From: an uncultured Anaerolinea sp.
GTDB taxonomy: Bacteria; Chloroflexota; Anaerolineae; Anaerolineales; UBA4823
Assembly: GCA_964503145.1 (NCBI GenBank)
Contig: CAZCYV010000004.1
Location: 142,414 to 206,413 of the forward strand
DNA length: 64,000 bases
Direction: 5' to 3'
Part shown: positions 62,163 to 64,000 of the stretch, piece after piece
Layout of the letters: every line of letters begins with the position of its first letter
Position numbering within the stretch: the stretch's first letter is position 1
Translations under genes and position numbers: made by a program
The notes under the pieces: generated by a model
The model's input: the letters and a program-made list of their open reading frames with translations, nothing else
The model's database searches: none
What the model was told of the DNA's origin: nothing

Positions 62163-63143
62163 ATGCAAACCTTTTTACACGGTCGAGACCTGATTGGCGA
62201 TCTGGACTTTAGCAAAGAAGAAGTCGAAACTGTACTAGACGTCGCATTTGACCTGAAGCGCAAGCGAGCGCTGAACGAACCTCACCCCTATTTGCGCGAT
62301 AAGGTGCTGGCGATGCTGTTCTTCTTCTCCAGCACCCGAACGCGTGGCTCTTTCGAGGCTGGCATGGCGCAACTTGGCGGACACGCGGCGTTCATCGAAA
62401 GCAAGACCACTCAAATCGCGCATGGGGACACCCCAAAGGAGATCGGCGAGATCTTTGGGCGTTACTTTGACGGGATTGCTATCCGCCACGTGGATTGGGG
62501 GGTGGGCAATGGCTATTTGAACGCTGTTGCCAGGGCGTCCCGCGTTCCTGTGCTCAATATGCAGTGCGATATCTATCATCCATTTCAATGTCTGGCTGAC
62601 CTGATGACCATCATCGAGAAAAAGGGCCGAGACCTTCGTCGCAAGAAGATGGTGGTTTCATGGGCTTATGCGGCGTCTTATCAAAAGCCGATGTCGGTTC
62701 CACAATCGCTGGTGTTGCAGATGCCGCGTTTTGGGATGGATGTCATTTTGGCCCATCCGCCCGAATTCAAGCTGATGCCCGAAATTATGGATCAGGCGCA
62801 GGAGCAAGCCCGCAAATTCGGGGTCGGCTTCGAAGTCATGGATGACATGGAAGCAGCGTTCAAGGATGCCGATATCATTTATGCTAAATCCTGGGGCGCA
62901 ATGGTTCATACCCCGGATCCAGAAGAGGGCGCCAGAATCATCAAGAAATATTCGCATTGGATCACCGATGAGCGGAAGATGGCTTTGGCCAAGCCGGACG
63001 CAATTTACATGCACCCCCTGCCTGCGGACCGCAACATCGAAGTGACCGACGGCGTAATGGATGGCCCAAATTCGGTTGTGTACGATGAGGCCGAAAATCG
63101 TTTGCACGTTCAGAAGGCCGTGATGGCGCTAACGATGGGTTAA
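62163..63143 (+). CDS. YgeW-like carbamoyltransferase
   Basis: 326 aa with SSTRTR, TQIAHGDTPKEI and NMQCDIYHPFQ. These match my recollection of E. coli YgeW (SQIAHGETVRET, NLQCDIDHPTQ) better than OTC or ATCase. HPLPADR is near the C-terminus. Confidence 0.8.
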   Translation: MQTFLHGRDLIGDLDFSKEEVETVLDVAFDLKRKRALNEPHPYLRDKVLAMLFFFSSTRTRGSFEAGMAQLGGHAAFIESKTTQIAHGDTPKEIGEIFGRYFDGIAIRHVDWGVGNGYLNAVARASRVPVLNMQCDIYHPFQCLADLMTIIEKKGRDLRRKKMVVSWAYAASYQKPMSVPQSLVLQMPRFGMDVILAHPPEFKLMPEIMDQAQEQARKFGVGFEVMDDMEAAFKDADIIYAKSWGAMVHTPDPEEGARIIKKYSHWITDERKMALAKPDAIYMHPLPADRNIEVTDGVMDGPNSVVYDEAENRLHVQKAVMALTMG

Positions 63144-63153
63144 GGAGGTCAAG

Positions 63154-64000
63154 ATGCCGGAGAATAAAGTTGCAATCGTTGCCGTTGGCGGCAACTCCTT
63201 GATCATCGATAAGCAACACGAAGACGTCCCTTCACAGGTGAAGGCGGTCGAGGAGACCTGCAAGCACATCGCAGACATGGTCCAGCGCGGCTGGAATGTG
63301 GTGATCACGCATGGCAATGGCCCGCAGGTGGGTTTCATCCTGCGTCGTAATGAGTTGGCTTATCCAGAGGTCCACTCGACGCCGTTGGATGTGATCGGCG
63401 CGGATACCCAGGGTTCGATTGGGTACATGATCTCGCGCGCGCTCGATAATGAGTTCAAGAAGCGCGGTATCAATCGATCTGTGGCAGCCGTGGTCACTCA
63501 GGTGCTGGTGGACCGAAACGATCCGGGTTTCAAGAACCCCACCAAAGGCATTGGCGGTTTCACCACGAAAGAGAAGGCAGAAATCTTCGCCCAGGAAGGC
63601 TGGGTCGTGAAAGAAGACGCCGGTCGCGGCTGGCGGAGAATGATCGCTTCCCCCGTGCCATTGAAGATCATCGAGCTTGACGCGATCAAGAGTCTGATCG
63701 ATAATGGCTTTATCGTCGTGGCAGTTGGCGGCGGCGGGATCCCGGTGATCGAAGATGAGAATGGAATGTTGCAGGGCACATATGCGGTGATCGATAAGGA
63801 TCGCGCCAGCAGCCTTTTGGCTTCGAACCTGAAAGCCGATCTATTTCTCATTTCGACCGCTGTGGAGAAAGTGGCGATCAACTTCAACAAGCCGGATCAA
63901 AAATGGCTGGATCGGATGACCCTGAGTGAGGCGAAGAAACTCTACCAGGAAGGGCATTTTCTGTCCGGCTCTATGGGACCGAAGATCGAGGCGATTATCG
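63154..64000 (+). CDS. arcC: Carbamate kinase (3' end beyond window)
   Basis: Absent from the ORF track because it is open at the window edge. ATG 63154 follows a GGAGG. The translation MPENKVAIVAVGGNSLII...NVVITHGNGPQVGFILRRNE...VVAVGGGGIPV is canonical carbamate kinase. Confidence 0.9.
   Translation, partial: MPENKVAIVAVGGNSLIIDKQHEDVPSQVKAVEETCKHIADMVQRGWNVVITHGNGPQVGFILRRNELAYPEVHSTPLDVIGADTQGSIGYMISRALDNEFKKRGINRSVAAVVTQVLVDRNDPGFKNPTKGIGGFTTKEKAEIFAQEGWVVKEDAGRGWRRMIASPVPLKIIELDAIKSLIDNGFIVVAVGGGGIPVIEDENGMLQGTYAVIDKDRASSLLASNLKADLFLISTAVEKVAINFNKPDQKWLDRMTLSEAKKLYQEGHFLSGSMGPKIEAII

Noticed and set aside
1-64000. Search for tRNA, rRNA, tmRNA, CRISPR arrays, IS elements and prophage genes.
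   Set aside because: Intergenic regions are short (the largest are about 200-300 nt) and showed no cloverleaf-like or repeat-spacer structure by eye. No transposase, integrase or phage-like proteins appear among the translated ORFs. A tRNA or covariance-model scan was not possible here.

Overview
Dense, high-GC (roughly 55-58% by eye) bacterial chromosomal segment with about 52 protein-coding genes. I recognise no rRNA, tRNA, CRISPR array, transposase or integrase. The gene content (many multi-GAF sensors, a LonC-like protease, a Trx-VKOR fusion, frequent TTG/GTG starts, 4-nt gene overlaps) looks Chloroflexota/Anaerolineae-like to me, but that is recognition only and was not tested. Layout: (1) 1-7.9 kb, minus-strand operon: large membrane protein, ABC ATPase, ABC-2 permease, Q/A-rich membrane protein, MoxR ATPase, DUF58. 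(2) 8.0-9.9 kb: MacB/FtsX-type ABC pair. (3) 10-20 kb: PBP2-type transpeptidase, LonC-like protease preceded by a triple-repeat secreted protein, relA/spoT, moeA, and a small Cys-motif protein with a hyperacidic tail. (4) 21-28.9 kb: complete hypABFCDE [NiFe]-hydrogenase maturation operon, preceded on the same strand by Trx-VKOR and an alpha/beta hydrolase. No structural hydrogenase genes are in the window. (5) 29-38.7 kb: tatA, trmFO, hflX and three two-component genes. (6) 38.8-57.5 kb, the most unusual part: a 14-gene co-directional, largely translationally coupled sensory supercluster. It contains two orphan periplasmic binding proteins, each followed by a membrane HAMP-GAF receptor with no output domain; a multi-TM five-GAF protein; an embedded ParA-like ATPase; a PAS-only protein; a single 1327-aa PAS/GAF histidine kinase; a threonine-synthase-like PLP enzyme fused to a receiver domain; a CheY-like protein; and a second ThrC-like paralogue. 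(7) 57.6-64 kb: cyclase-family protein, glyA, then a GntR/HutC regulator with a near-consensus promoter and repeated operator-like motifs. These control an atypical PyrB-like carbamoyltransferase, a YgeW-like carbamoyltransferase and a carbamate kinase (truncated at the window end). All calls come from reading the translated ORFs and DNA by eye. No database search or alignment program was run.
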